DNA from: an uncultured Gammaproteobacteria bacterium
GTDB taxonomy: Bacteria; Pseudomonadota; Gammaproteobacteria; CAWCPV01
Direction of reading: 5' to 3'
DNA: 64,000 nucleotides
NCBI GenBank assembly: GCA_963797555.1
Contig: CAWCPV010000007.1
Span: 544,001-608,000, forward strand
Positions within the stretch are counted from its first letter, which is position 1; each line of letters begins with the position of its first letter. The position numbers and the translations under genes are program-made. The notes beneath the pieces are model-generated. The model made no database searches and was not told the DNA's origin. It saw nothing but the letters and a program-made list of their open reading frames with translations. Shown piece by piece: positions 23,075 to 33,588 of the stretch.

Positions 23075-23737
23075 GTGCGTTGTTTTGACGCAGACTTCGA
23101 CCAAGGGCGGGCTGAGGGCTCGCCTTTCCCGAGGAACCCCGATATTACAGGCGTCGTTCTGGCGGGCGGACGTGCGCGCCGCATGGGCGGTGCGGACAAG
23201 GGGCTCATCGAGCTTAATAGCCGGCCGATGATCCAATACATTCTGGAGGCACTGCAGCCCCAGGTGGCTGCAGTGCTGGTGAATGCCAACCGTAATCGGG
23301 ACGCCTACGCGCGGCTCTGCGGCTGCCGCGTGGTCCCCGACACGCATGGGGACTATGCCGGACCGCTGGCGGGGATGGTGAGCGCCATGCAGGCGGCGGC
23401 GACCCGCTACGTGCTCACGGTCCCCTGCGACTGCCCTTTCGTGCCACCGGATCTCGCCGACCGTCTGCTGACGGGACTCCTGACGGAGGGGGCGGAGCTT
23501 GGCGTGGCCCACGACGGGCAACGCCTCCAGCCGGTCTTCGCTCTGCTGCGGCGCGACCTCTCCCCCAGTCTGCTGGCGTATCTGGAGACCGGCCAGCGGA
23601 AGATCGACCTGTGGTATGCGCGCCATCGCATGGCCCGAGTGGACCTGTCCGACGTGCCGGACGCCTTCATCAACGTCAATACCCCGGAGGAGCGTTCGTC
23701 CCTGGAGCAGCGCCTGATGCAGGCCAACGCATGCTGA
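23075..23737 (+). CDS. mobA: molybdenum cofactor guanylyltransferase
   Basis: VLAGGRARRMGGADKG, GPLAG, PCDCPF, FINVNTPEE; start codon uncertain. Confidence 0.93.
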   Translation: MRCFDADFDQGRAEGSPFPRNPDITGVVLAGGRARRMGGADKGLIELNSRPMIQYILEALQPQVAAVLVNANRNRDAYARLCGCRVVPDTHGDYAGPLAGMVSAMQAAATRYVLTVPCDCPFVPPDLADRLLTGLLTEGAELGVAHDGQRLQPVFALLRRDLSPSLLAYLETGQRKIDLWYARHRMARVDLSDVPDAFINVNTPEERSSLEQRLMQANAC

Positions 23738-24279
23738 AGCACGCTGCGGTTCCGGTCATCGGCTTCGCGGCCTTCAGCGGCACCGGCAAGACCACCTTGC
23801 TGTGCCGTCTGCTGCCGCTGCTGAAGGCGCAGGGCCTGCGGATCGGGATGGTGAAGCACGCCCACCACAGCTTCGACATCGACCAGCCGGGCAAGGACAG
23901 CTACGATCTGCGCAAGGCAGGCGCCACCCGGATGCTGGTGGCATCACGGCGGCGCTGGGCATTGATCGTGGAAACCGACTCCCCGCAGGAGGCGAGGCTC
24001 GACGACCTGCTCGCCGAGCTTGACCAGACAGGGCTCGACTTGGTTCTCGTCGAGGGCTTCAAGTACGAGGATTTCCCCAAGATCGAGCTGCACCGTACAG
24101 CCCTCGGGCACCGGTTGCTGTTTCCGGACGATCGATCGGTCATCGCCGTGGCGACCGACGGGCCCCTGGCGGTGGACACTGCCCTGCCAATCCTCGACAT
24201 CACCCTCCCGGAGCAGCTCGCCGGCTTCATCGTGGAGCGTCTAGGCGTCAGAGCCCCGAAGAGCGAAGGCGCCGGATAG
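23731..24279 (+). CDS. mobB: molybdopterin-guanine dinucleotide biosynthesis protein MobB
   Basis: FSGTGKTT, KHAHHSFDID.PGKDS, LVEGFK. Confidence 0.94.
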   Translation: MLKHAAVPVIGFAAFSGTGKTTLLCRLLPLLKAQGLRIGMVKHAHHSFDIDQPGKDSYDLRKAGATRMLVASRRRWALIVETDSPQEARLDDLLAELDQTGLDLVLVEGFKYEDFPKIELHRTALGHRLLFPDDRSVIAVATDGPLAVDTALPILDITLPEQLAGFIVERLGVRAPKSEGAG

Positions 24280-24483
24280 CCCGGCGGGCGCGGAGCCCAG
24301 CTGTGCCACGGATGGTTTGACACGGCACGACCGAGGCCGCGTGGGCAGATCTGCTCTATGGCAAGCGTTCCGGCTTTGCGGCGTGGAGCAGATCTATAAT
24401 GGAGTATAAACATCGTTTCGTTGACCGGATGGCCCGTCCGGGCCTGACCGCTGCGAGTTTCATCCCACTGCAGCCGACCCAAA

Positions 24484-26414
24484 ATGGACGCAAAGCGCGA
24501 GGATCCCGCTGGGCTCGATACCACGCTCCTGCGGGCGATGGTCGAGAACGCGGTGGATGGTATCATCGCCATCGACCAGCGCGGTCTGATGAAGATGGTC
24601 AACCCGGGGGCTGAGCATCTGTTTCGCTACACCGCGCAGGAGATGCTCGGGTGCAACGTGTCCATGTTGATGCCCGAGCCTTATCATTCGGAGCACGACC
24701 AGTACCTGCGCAGGTACCTGGAGACCGGCCAGCGCCGGATCATCGGCATCGGCCGCGAGGTCGAGGGTAGACGCAAGGACGGAACGACCTTTCCAATGTA
24801 CCTGTCTGTGGCCGAAGCGCGGCACGGCGACGAGATACTGTTCACCGGCATCGTCCACGACCTCACGGAGATCAAGCGCGCCGAGCAGCAGATCCGGTGG
24901 CTGCAGCGCCAGCAGCAACTGATCCTCGACGCCGTCGGTGACGGCATCTTGGGCGTGGATGCGGATGGGCGCATCATCTTCGCCAATCCGGCGGCCCAAG
25001 TCCTGCTGGGCTCCGAGCAAGGGGATCTCGTGGGACAGTCGCTGGAGTCGATTTGGCGATCCAGTGATGCGACGGAGCCTTTCCCGCGACATGCCATCGC
25101 CGCCGGCGAGCCCTATCGCGCCGACGAGGCATGGTTTGCCCGCCGCGGCGGAGGACCCATCCCCGTAGCGCTGGTCAGCACACCCATGCGCGACGGCGAC
25201 AGACCGGTCGGTGCCGTGCTCAGCTTTCGGGACATCACCGAGCGCAAACAGGCATCCCAAGAGATGCAGCGCATCCGCTCGTACCTCAAGAACATCATCG
25301 ACTCCATGCCCTCCATCCTCGTGGGCGTGGACGATCAGGGCAGCATCACCGAATGGAATACGGAGGCGGAGCATGCGACCGGCGTCCTTGCGGATCGGGC
25401 CTTGGGGCGGGGGTTCGTGGAACTGCTGCCGCAGCTCGTCTCGCGCCTGGACAAGGTGCACGAGGCGCTGCGCCTGCGTCAGTTTGCACGCATCGAGCGC
25501 TTGGCGTCGGAAGACGGCGGCGAGGTCCGTTACTTCGACGTGATGGTCTATCTCCTCATCGGGGAAGGTGTGGCGGGGGCGGTCATCCGTGTCGACAACG
25601 TCACCAACCGGGTGCGTATCGAGCAGATGATGGTGCAAACGGAGAAGATGATGTCGGTGGGCGGCCTTGCCGCCGGAATGGCCCATGAGATCAACAATCC
25701 CCTGAGCGGCATTCTGCAGAGCTGCCAGAACATCCAGCGTCGGCTGTCGCTCGATCTGCCCGCCAATCGGGCCGCGGCCGAGGACTTGGGTCTGGACCTG
25801 GAGAAACCCAGGATTTCCCTGCGCTCCAGATAGCGTCGCAAGGAATGCAGGCGGCGGCCATCCGAGCCACCGGAATCGTATCGGACATGCTGGCCTTCAG
25901 TCGCCGCAGCGCCGCGGACTTCGAGCCCGCGCGCATGCACGAACTACTCGAAGCGGTGCTCCGACTCGCCGACAGCGACTACGACCTTAACAAGCGCTAC
26001 GACTTCCGTCAGATCGAGGTCATCCGTGACTACGACGCGGAGCTCGGCGAGGTCTACTGCAACCGCATGGAGATGGAACAGGTATTCATGAACGTCATCA
26101 AGAACGCCGCCGAGGCCATGGCGGGCAACGGCGCGCGCCCCGCGCGCATCGCGCTGCGCACGCGGCGCGAGGGCGACTATGTGCGCGTGGAGATCGAGGA
26201 CACCGGGCCGGGCATAGACCAGAAGGTTCGCAGCCGCCTGTTCGAGCCCTTCTTCACCACCAAGCCGGTGGGGGTGGGCACCGGCCTAGGTCTGTCGGTG
26301 TCTTATTTCATAGTGACAGAGCGGCACCACGGCAGCATTGCGGTATCCGGCGCAGCGGGGGAGGGTGCTTGCTTCGTGATTCGACTACCGCTCCATGGTA
26401 GGGGCGGGTCATGA
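24484..26414 (+). CDS. multi-PAS sensor histidine kinase with FixL-like heme PAS; interrupted near 25805-25845
   Basis: LMPEPYHSEHDQY...RIIGIGREV (FixL-type PAS), two more PAS domains, H-box AHEINNPL, and HATPase NAAEA/DTGPG/FFTTK/GTGLGL in ORF 25845-26414. Confidence 0.85.
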
Positions 26415-26788
26415 GCCTCCGCGTGCTAGTGGTGGACGACGAGCCGCTGGTCGCGCAAACGCTGCAGGCGTTCCTGGAAGACGAAGGCATGCGCGTACAC
26501 ATCGAGCACTCGGCCGAGCAGGCTCTGGACACCGTCCGGGGCGGTGCGGCGTTCGACGTGTGCATCATGGACCTGCGCCTGCCCGGGATGGACGGTGACG
26601 CGGCCGCGCGCGCCCTCCACCAGCTTTGCCCCGGCCTGCGCTTCGTCATCCACACGGGGTCCGCGGATTACGCCGTGCCGGCTCAGCTGCAGGCCATCGG
26701 TGTCGGCGAAGCCCATCTCTTCAGGAAGCCCCTCGTGGACATGACGGCTCTGGCCGATGCCCTGCGATCGATGGCCAGGGCCGGCTGA
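26411..26788 (+). CDS. single-domain response regulator
   Basis: VLVVDDE, MDLRLPGMDG, HTG, KP. Confidence 0.9.
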   Translation: MSLRVLVVDDEPLVAQTLQAFLEDEGMRVHIEHSAEQALDTVRGGAAFDVCIMDLRLPGMDGDAAARALHQLCPGLRFVIHTGSADYAVPAQLQAIGVGEAHLFRKPLVDMTALADALRSMARAG

Positions 26789-26798
26789 GAAGGAACTG

Positions 26799-27985
26799 GT
26801 GAGCGACAACGTCACGGTAGTCACCATCGAGGACGAGCCCGCGGTACGCCGCGGGCTCGCGGCCTATCTCGAGGACAGTGGTTACCAGGTTCTGGAGGCC
26901 GGCGATGGGGCCGCCGGGATCGCGCTGGTCCGTGCGTGCCGTCCCGATGCCGTGCTGTGCGACCTGCGTCTGCCCAAGATGGACGGGCTGGAGGTCCTAT
27001 CGACGATCACCACGGAGTTCCCGGAGACACCCGTCATAGTGGTCTCCGGTGTCAGTGACCTGAGCTATGCGGTGCAGGCGCTCAAACGGGGCGCCTGGGA
27101 CTACGTCACCAAGCCCATCCTGGACATGGGCGTGCTGGAAGGTGCCTTGGGGCGGGCACTGGAGCGTTCGCGGTTGCTGGGCGAGAACCGCCGCTACCGG
27201 CTGCACCTGGAGGCCCTGAACCGGGAGCTGACCCGGACGCTGCATCAACTGCAAGCGGACGAGGAGGCCGCGCGCAGGATCCAGTTCCAACTTCTTCCGG
27301 CGGATCGCTGGAGCTTCGGGGACTATCTGTTTACCCGCCAGCTCTACCCGTCCAAGCTGCTGAGCGGCGATCGTCGACTATTTCGCCATCGACGACCGCT
27401 ACGCCGGGTTCTACATGGCCGACGTGTCCGGGCACGGCGCTGCCTCCGCTTTCGTGACGGTGATGATCAAGACGCTGGTCGGCCAGTATTCCGACGCTTG
27501 CCGCGAGGAAGGCGATGCGACGATACTCAGCCCCGAGCTCATGCTGCAGCGGCTGAATCGGGACGTGTGCCGGCAGAACCTCGATCAGTACCTGACCATC
27601 GTTCTATGGCGTCATCGATGCGGAGCGAGGCGACATGACCTGTAGCAACGGTGGGCACTTTCCCTACCCCATCCTCTGCGAAGGGCAAGCGGCCCGGATT
27701 CTGACCTGCCGCAGCCGCCCGCTCGGGCTGTTCGACAACCCTCACTACGAAACCCAGCAGTTTCAGCTCCCTCCGGCATTCGCCCTCTGGCTCATCTCGG
27801 ACGGTGCTCTGGAGCTCCTGCCACAAAGGACTATGCGCGAAAAGCGGGAAGCGCTCTGTAGCTGCCTGCGTCACTCGGGCAGCGGCGTCGAGCGGCTCGC
27901 GACTGGGCTGGGTCTGGGCGACAGCTCCAGGCTCGTGGACGATGTCACCTTTCTCGCCGTGAGCAGGCAGGTCGGCCATGGATGA
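26799..27985 (+). CDS. RssB-like response regulator with SpoIIE/PP2C-type domain (frameshifts near 27370 and 27605)
   Basis: Receiver CDLRLPKMDG...GAWDYVTKP, followed by LSGD, MADVSGHGAASAF, NGGH and ISDG across three frames. Confidence 0.8.
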
Positions 27986-28483
27986 GGGGAGGGTGCTGCA
28001 CGCGAGCCATCAAGGCGTCCAGGTGCTGCGCTACATCGGGGACGTCCGCTACACCCTCGCGCCTTCCCTGGGACGTTTCTTGGAGGATCTGTTCGCGCGG
28101 GTCAGGCCCGCTGGCTTTGTCACAGACCTTCAGCAGGCGAGCGGTATCGACAGCACCAATCTCGGACTCCTCGTCAGGATCGCCAAGCACATGCAGGAAC
28201 TGGGTGGGCCCAGGGTGACGATCATCTCAGGCCACGAGGACACCGACGAGATCCTCTTGGCGCTCGGTCTGGACGAAGTCTTCGATATCGTGAAGGGCCG
28301 GACCGCCGAGGGGAAGACGGGCAGGTGGGGCCGGTGGGGGATCCCAACCCGCAGGAGTTGGCCCGCACGGTGCTGGCGGCGCATCGTGCGCTGATGGCTC
28401 TGAACGAGCAGAACCGGGACCTGTTTCAGGACGTGGTGGCGGCCTTCGAGAGAGAAGGCATTGAAGACGCCGCACCGCAGTGA
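27978..28483 (+). CDS. RssC-like STAS anti-sigma-factor antagonist (frameshift near 28325)
   Basis: GDVRYTL, IDSTNLGLL, then in a shifted frame VLAAHRALMALNEQNRDLFQDVV*. Confidence 0.8.
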
Positions 28484-28561
28484 TCCCCCTGTCCGTGGCT
28501 CGCGACGTGGGGGCCTGTTTGCGAGACCGCCGCAGACCACATGCAGGGTGGGAGACCAGAT

Positions 28562-29131
28562 ATGTTCGATCCAGGGACTTACGGCACGATTTTCGCCGCT
28601 CTGATCGATGCCGAAAGGCTCAACCCACTGGACGCGGGATCGCCCCAGGGTGCGGCACGGACGGCGTTGGGGACTCTGAGCGCGGAGCGTGCATTCGCGC
28701 CCCGCGCCATCGTAGACGCCGACATGGCCCAGCTCTGCTTGGCGGGGCTGTGGCTGCATCAGGACTTCCTCGACGAATGCCATCGCATCAGCCAGTCCAT
28801 TGGCACTACCAGCGGCAGCCACTGGCACGCGCTGATGCATCGCCGGGAAGGGGACTTCTGGAACGCCAAGTACTGGTTCCGACAGGTGGGCCGACACTCG
28901 ATCTACCGATCGCTGGCTGCGGAGGGTGCGCGTCTCGCCGCGAGTGGCGGTCCGGAGCAGGCTCCGCAGTTCCTGCTGCACCAGACGGGGTGGGATTCGG
29001 CGGCATTCGTCGACCTGTGCGAGGCGACCGTGCAGGGGCGCGCCCCACACGACATGCTCTGTCGACGCATCCAGCAGCGGGAGTGGCAGCTTCTCTTCGA
29101 CCACTGTTACCGACATGCCGTGGGTGCATAG
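28562..29131 (+). CDS. conserved hypothetical protein
   Basis: AGLWL...H.ISQSI...WHALMHRREGDFWNAKYWFR...EWQLLFDHC; coding-like composition. Confidence 0.75.
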   Translation: MFDPGTYGTIFAALIDAERLNPLDAGSPQGAARTALGTLSAERAFAPRAIVDADMAQLCLAGLWLHQDFLDECHRISQSIGTTSGSHWHALMHRREGDFWNAKYWFRQVGRHSIYRSLAAEGARLAASGGPEQAPQFLLHQTGWDSAAFVDLCEATVQGRAPHDMLCRRIQQREWQLLFDHCYRHAVGA

Positions 29132-29189
29132 CTCAGACGCGGCGGACCGCCGACGCGCCTGTTCGCCGTGCCGTGGGTGTTTGCCCCGC

Positions 29190-30104
29190 ATGAGATTCCT
29201 CGGGAGGCCCGTTGCGGTGTTGTTCTTGCTGCTCGCTGCACCCGCGCTCGGCGCCGGGCCGGCCAGGGTCGTCGACCGCTATTTCCTGAGCGGTGATGGG
29301 AGCATCCGCCTGACCAACGACAAGAGCGCGGAATCGGCGCACATTCGCTATCGCCTGGCCGACGGCACCTACCCGGAAGCGGCGCGGCGCCGGATCGACC
29401 GCCTGTTCGGCGTACCGGCCGGCTCCGAGGACCATATCTCCTTGCGCCTCATCTCCCTTCTGGACTACATGGAGGATCGCTACCACGACCCCATCGACAT
29501 CATCTCCGGCTACCGCAGCCCGGAATACAACGAGGGACTGCGCGCTCAGGGGCGGCTAGCCGCGCGGGCAAGCCTGCACATGGAGGGCATGGCGGCCAAC
29601 GTCAAGCTGGGGAAGACTCTCGCGCCCAGAGCCTTCGAAGGGATCAAGGCCCTCGACTGCTGCGGCATCGGCTACTACCATGGCGACTCGGTGCATGTGG
29701 ATACCGGGCCGGCGCGGTTCTGGGATGAAACCTCGTCCAAGGTCCGCACCGATATCTCGACCCACGACAAGCGGGTCATGGTGCGCACCGACCGGGACAT
29801 CTACCTGGCGGGCGAGAGGGTCGAGCTGAAGCTTGCCCGCATCACCGACTATCCCCTCGGGCTGGTCTCCAGGTTCTCAGTGGTTCGCGACGGGGCCACG
29901 CTGCAGTCCTACTCGCTGGATCGCAGTAGCTCGGACTGCCTGCCCGTGACGGATCCCGAGCAGAGGACGTGGGTCTGGACCATCCCCGGTGAGGTTGTGG
30001 CCGAACGGCGCGTCCAGATCCGCCTCCGCTTCTGCACGAAGCCATTTCCCGAGATGCCGGATCAGATCGACTCGAATCCCATCCTCATCCTCAAGCCGGG
30101 TTGA
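29190..30104 (+). CDS. YcbK/DUF882 family (peptidase M15-like) secreted protein
   Basis: Signal peptide; IISGYRSPEYN, SLHMEGMAAN, GIGYY, VHVDTGPARFW. Confidence 0.85.
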   Translation: MRFLGRPVAVLFLLLAAPALGAGPARVVDRYFLSGDGSIRLTNDKSAESAHIRYRLADGTYPEAARRRIDRLFGVPAGSEDHISLRLISLLDYMEDRYHDPIDIISGYRSPEYNEGLRAQGRLAARASLHMEGMAANVKLGKTLAPRAFEGIKALDCCGIGYYHGDSVHVDTGPARFWDETSSKVRTDISTHDKRVMVRTDRDIYLAGERVELKLARITDYPLGLVSRFSVVRDGATLQSYSLDRSSSDCLPVTDPEQRTWVWTIPGEVVAERRVQIRLRFCTKPFPEMPDQIDSNPILILKPG

Positions 30105-30261
30105 CGGGAACCGCCCCCTCCGTCCCTGCGCGCAGCCGCAGCCCTGCGTTCGGACGGGCTGCCCTCCCTGCCCACCGCCGGGCGGTTCCCCTGTCTGCCT
30201 GGGTCAGCTCTCGCCCAGGCGCCGGTGCGGCCGCCGGCCTCCGCCGTGGGTACCTCGGGTG

Positions 30262-30507
30262 ATGCAGCACTTATGAGGTCGCGTGCCGCTAGTACGGGGC
30301 ATTACAAGACCAACATACCTGGCCTGGAAGGCGCGAGGCGAGAAGGCGCAGGAAGGCCCTTTTTTTGAGTTTCTTAACGCTGTCCGCGATGCAGAAGCCA
30401 AGGCCGAGGTCCGCATCGTGGGATTGTGGCGGGCTGCTGCGCTGCGGGACTGGCGTGTTGCCCGCGACTTCCTGGCCAGACGCTACCCCGAGCACTGGAG
30501 AAAATAG
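30262..30507 (+). pseudogene. remnant of a phage terminase-small-subunit-like gene
   Basis: TYLAWKARGE...FFEFLNAVRDAEAKAE...DWRVARDFLARRYPEHW; 5' part disrupted. Confidence 0.5.
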
Positions 30508-30518
30508 AGGCAAAGAAA

Positions 30519-30828
30519 GGCTCTTTCGACAATTGTGTGGGTGGTGGTAGTCAAGTAGCATCTGTTCTGACCGGTCGCTTATCACAGCATCTTGTGGTTG
30601 GGGTGGTGGGCGAGAGGCCCTCGCGTGGGGCCGCTCCGCAGGACTCGTCCACAAATCCACAGGCCGTCATCCAAGGGGGGAGCACCGTGCGGCTCACGCA
30701 TCTGTTTACCACGGCACTGGGCCTGACAGCGCCTTGGGAGGTCACCGACGTGCGGTTCGACCCCGAGGCTGGGCGCATCGACCTCGATGTGGCGTTTGCC
30801 AAGGGCAGCCGCTTTGCCTGCCCGGATG
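30519..30828 (+). mobile_element. ISL3-family left-end remnant
   Basis: Begins GGCTCTTTCGACAA (ISL3-type end). Transposase N-terminus LFTTALGLTAPWEVTDVRFD...FACP starts at 30687 and is truncated. Confidence 0.75.
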
Positions 30829-30861
30829 GTGCCGTGTGGCCTCTGTTCTTCATCGGCCATG

Positions 30862-31002
30862 AACTCACCCCAGTCTGCCATCTTTTCCATAACGAGTAGT
30901 GCTGACAATCGTGGAATTTCCGAAGACCGCGATGTAGAAGCTCGCCGCTTCTTGGTCGTCGAACCACAGGAAGGGAGTGATCTTTTGAATGCTCGCTTGC
31001 AT
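30862..31002 (-). pseudogene. truncated VOC/PhnB-like gene
   Basis: [30 protein letters not shown]...RYG followed by a stop. Confidence 0.7.
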
Positions 31003-31108
31003 CGCGCATCTCCTCGTAGCCTCTTCTAGCCTGCCCACACGTACGACCGTCTCTCACGATGACCGTGATATCGGCCTAACATTCATGCGCGCGGCAGAGC
31101 TGATTCCC

Positions 31109-31522
31109 TCACTCCGACTTCGCCGCATGCCAATTCCGCGGGATGGGCTGGAGCATACTCACACGGTTGCCCTCGGTGTCGGTGAACGAGACATATTGCC
31201 CCACACTGGGTATTTCCATGGGCTCGCCGAGCACTTTACCTCCCGCATCCGTCACCTTCCTTGATGATTCTTTGATATCGTCCACCGCGATAACGATGGA
31301 CGGATATTGCGCGGGCCAATCGGGCTGTTTCGGGAAAAAGCCGCCGTTAATCGCGCCGGGCGTTTTCGGACCGTTCTCGTCGGTCTCGGTGGTGGTTGCA
31401 AGGACATAATTACCCATCTCCTGGCCCAGCATCTGCGTCTGCCAGCCGAATGCTGACTCATAAAACGTTGCCATCCTTTTCCGATTGTCATATGGCATCT
31501 CAAAGTGAACGACGGGATGCAT
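31109..31522 (-). CDS. VOC (glyoxalase/bleomycin resistance) family protein
   Basis: MHPVVHFEMP...FY..AFGW...INGGF...VDDI...GGKVL...FTDTEGN. Confidence 0.88.
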   Translation of the reverse strand: MHPVVHFEMPYDNRKRMATFYESAFGWQTQMLGQEMGNYVLATTTETDENGPKTPGAINGGFFPKQPDWPAQYPSIVIAVDDIKESSRKVTDAGGKVLGEPMEIPSVGQYVSFTDTEGNRVSMLQPIPRNWHAAKSE

Positions 31523-31602
31523 TGCCTTTTCCTCCGTATCGGTTAAGGGGGATTTCCCTGTTTTCGGGGTAGCCGTCTGACCCTCGAACGCGTGGTTGTG
31601 TG

Positions 31603-31700
31603 TCACCAGGGATCGTAGCTGCCAAAGTTCCATATGTGCCCCTCGAGGTCACGACAAGCGAAGCCATGGCCACCGTGGTCTTCGGGGCCGCGAGCACGAG
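31603..31700 (-). pseudogene. C-terminal fragment of a VOC family gene
   Basis: DHGGHGFACRDLEGHIWNFGSYDPW*. Confidence 0.6.
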
Positions 31701-32288
31701 TTAGACGGACCGCTCGGCGCGTTCGCCGTTCCCGCGTGAGGCCGTCCGCGCGTGGGCGATTGCGCAAAAGCCGTCGGATTCGATCGCGAGCGGCAGGTTG
31801 ATGAGGTTGTAATAGTTCTCCAGCGCGTTCAGCCAAGTGATCTCGGCGATCTCCCACTCGCTGAAGTGCTTGCGGAGCACTTCGAATGTGGCGTCGGCGA
31901 CGCGCTTGTGGCGCGTGGCTTCCTCCACGTAGGCGAGCGCCGCGCGCTCCCGATCGGAGAAGAGCGGGCTCGTCCGGCACTCCGAGAGCGCGTTGAACTT
32001 CTCCATCCCGAGGTGCTCGCGGATCGCCATCGCCTGCGCGAGGTCCACGCAGAAACCACACCCGTTGACCTGCGAGGCGAGCGTTACGACCATGAGATGG
32101 AGCCCAGACTCGAGGCGTATCCCCTTCATCTGGAACTTCTGAATCTCGTAGGTAAGTCGCAGCGACGCCGGGATGCGCGCGGTCACGACCTTCATCGGAG
32201 TCATCACCTTTCCGAACTGGCGGCGCGTCATCCAGTAGGCGATGCGCATCATGAGTCCCTTGGGCTTCTCGATCGGCTCCAGTCTCAT
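31701..32288 (-). CDS. carboxymuconolactone decarboxylase/AhpD-like protein
   Basis: ASQVNGCGFCVD (CxxC), FSDRERAALAY, LRKHFSE. Confidence 0.85.
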   Translation of the reverse strand: MRLEPIEKPKGLMMRIAYWMTRRQFGKVMTPMKVVTARIPASLRLTYEIQKFQMKGIRLESGLHLMVVTLASQVNGCGFCVDLAQAMAIREHLGMEKFNALSECRTSPLFSDRERAALAYVEEATRHKRVADATFEVLRKHFSEWEIAEITWLNALENYYNLINLPLAIESDGFCAIAHARTASRGNGERAERSV

Positions 32289-32917
32289 CGTCTGGTCTCC
32301 TCTCGTCTTGGCGGTTTCCAAACCCGGCGATCAACGCACCTCCCGCAGGGGCGACCAGGCTTTCTTCCGGTCCGTCGACCGTCTCGCTCAGCCGCGCCCG
32401 CTTGCGGGCGTCGGCCGGAGCGAAGTCATACGCCACGCGGTGGGGGGTTCCAGCTCATCGCTACAAATCGCTACAACGAGGTCAGCAGCATTGCCGGGTC
32501 CCGAAAGTGGCAGCGCTAGGCTGCGAAGGAATGGCCTTCGATCTGGGCTCATATCAGCCGTCTTACAAGACGGTCGGCCAAGTGCTCGCGACAGTGTAGC
32601 CCAACGCCGCTAATGCGGTAGGTCGCCCGAAACTGGGGGGCTGCCGGTGCTCCGCGGTCGAGGCGGTGCACGAGAAGGACGTTCCCAGGGATTCGGCGAT
32701 GGAGGAGGGCGGCTGAACCGTGGTAACCTGCGAGGCCCGGCCGGTGGCCTTCTGCGCATGTGTCCGGGATAGGTGCGGGAGGTGACTTCCGGTATCGTCA
32801 AACGTCGGCGACACGTCCAGCCTATCGCCCGAACCGGACGCGAGCCGACTGCGCCTGCTCGGCGCTCGCTGGAGCGTCGTGTTCCGGTTTCAAGCTGTTC
32901 ATTGGAGGATGACCAGG

Positions 32918-33403
32918 ATGACTCATGGGAAGCTCCCGACCTGTCTGCTCACCGCGCTACTGCTTAGTGGTACCGTGTGTGCCGGCGATCTGATGATCTA
33001 CCCCGGCAGAGGGCAGAGCTCTGCCCAGCAGCGGACAGACAAGAACCAGTGTTATGCGTGGGCCAGAGGCCAGACCGGCTTCGACCCGGCCCAGCCGGCG
33101 GCCGGCACCCCGTCCCCACCGCAGCAAGCGCCTCGGTCCAATGCGCTGCGGGGTGCTGCCGGCGGTGCTGCTGTTGGCGCCATAGGGGGAGCTATCGGCG
33201 GGAACGCCGGCAAGGGGGCGGCAATCGGCGCAGGAGTCGGGGCCGTCGTCGGCGGAGTCCGCAGGCGGGAGCAACAGCGTCAGCAGGCGCAGGCTCAGCA
33301 GCAGTGGCAGCAAAACGAGCAGGCGCGGTACGCCGAAGGGCGCAACAGGTTCGACCGCGCCTTCGCTGCGTGTCTGGAAGGGCGCGGCTACACGGTGAAG
33401 TAA
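32918..33403 (+). CDS. secreted glycine-zipper (YMGG-like) protein
   Basis: Signal peptide; YP..GQS..QQ..D...CY.WA...TGFDP; GAAGGAAVGAIGG; ACLEGRGYTVK. Confidence 0.85.
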   Translation: MTHGKLPTCLLTALLLSGTVCAGDLMIYPGRGQSSAQQRTDKNQCYAWARGQTGFDPAQPAAGTPSPPQQAPRSNALRGAAGGAAVGAIGGAIGGNAGKGAAIGAGVGAVVGGVRRREQQRQQAQAQQQWQQNEQARYAEGRNRFDRAFAACLEGRGYTVK

Positions 33404-33588
33404 TCGCCGGCCTTGTCACGAAAGCGCGTTCCGCGGCTCGGTCGAGTCCCGGAACGCGCCGGTGCGGCAGCCATCCCCACAGACCGCAGCCGGACCGCGA
33501 CATTCCAAGCGACCCGGATCGAATCCCCGGCGCGCAGCCTCTGCCACCACGATGACCCGTACGTCATTCTTCGGCTCAGCGCCGCAGC

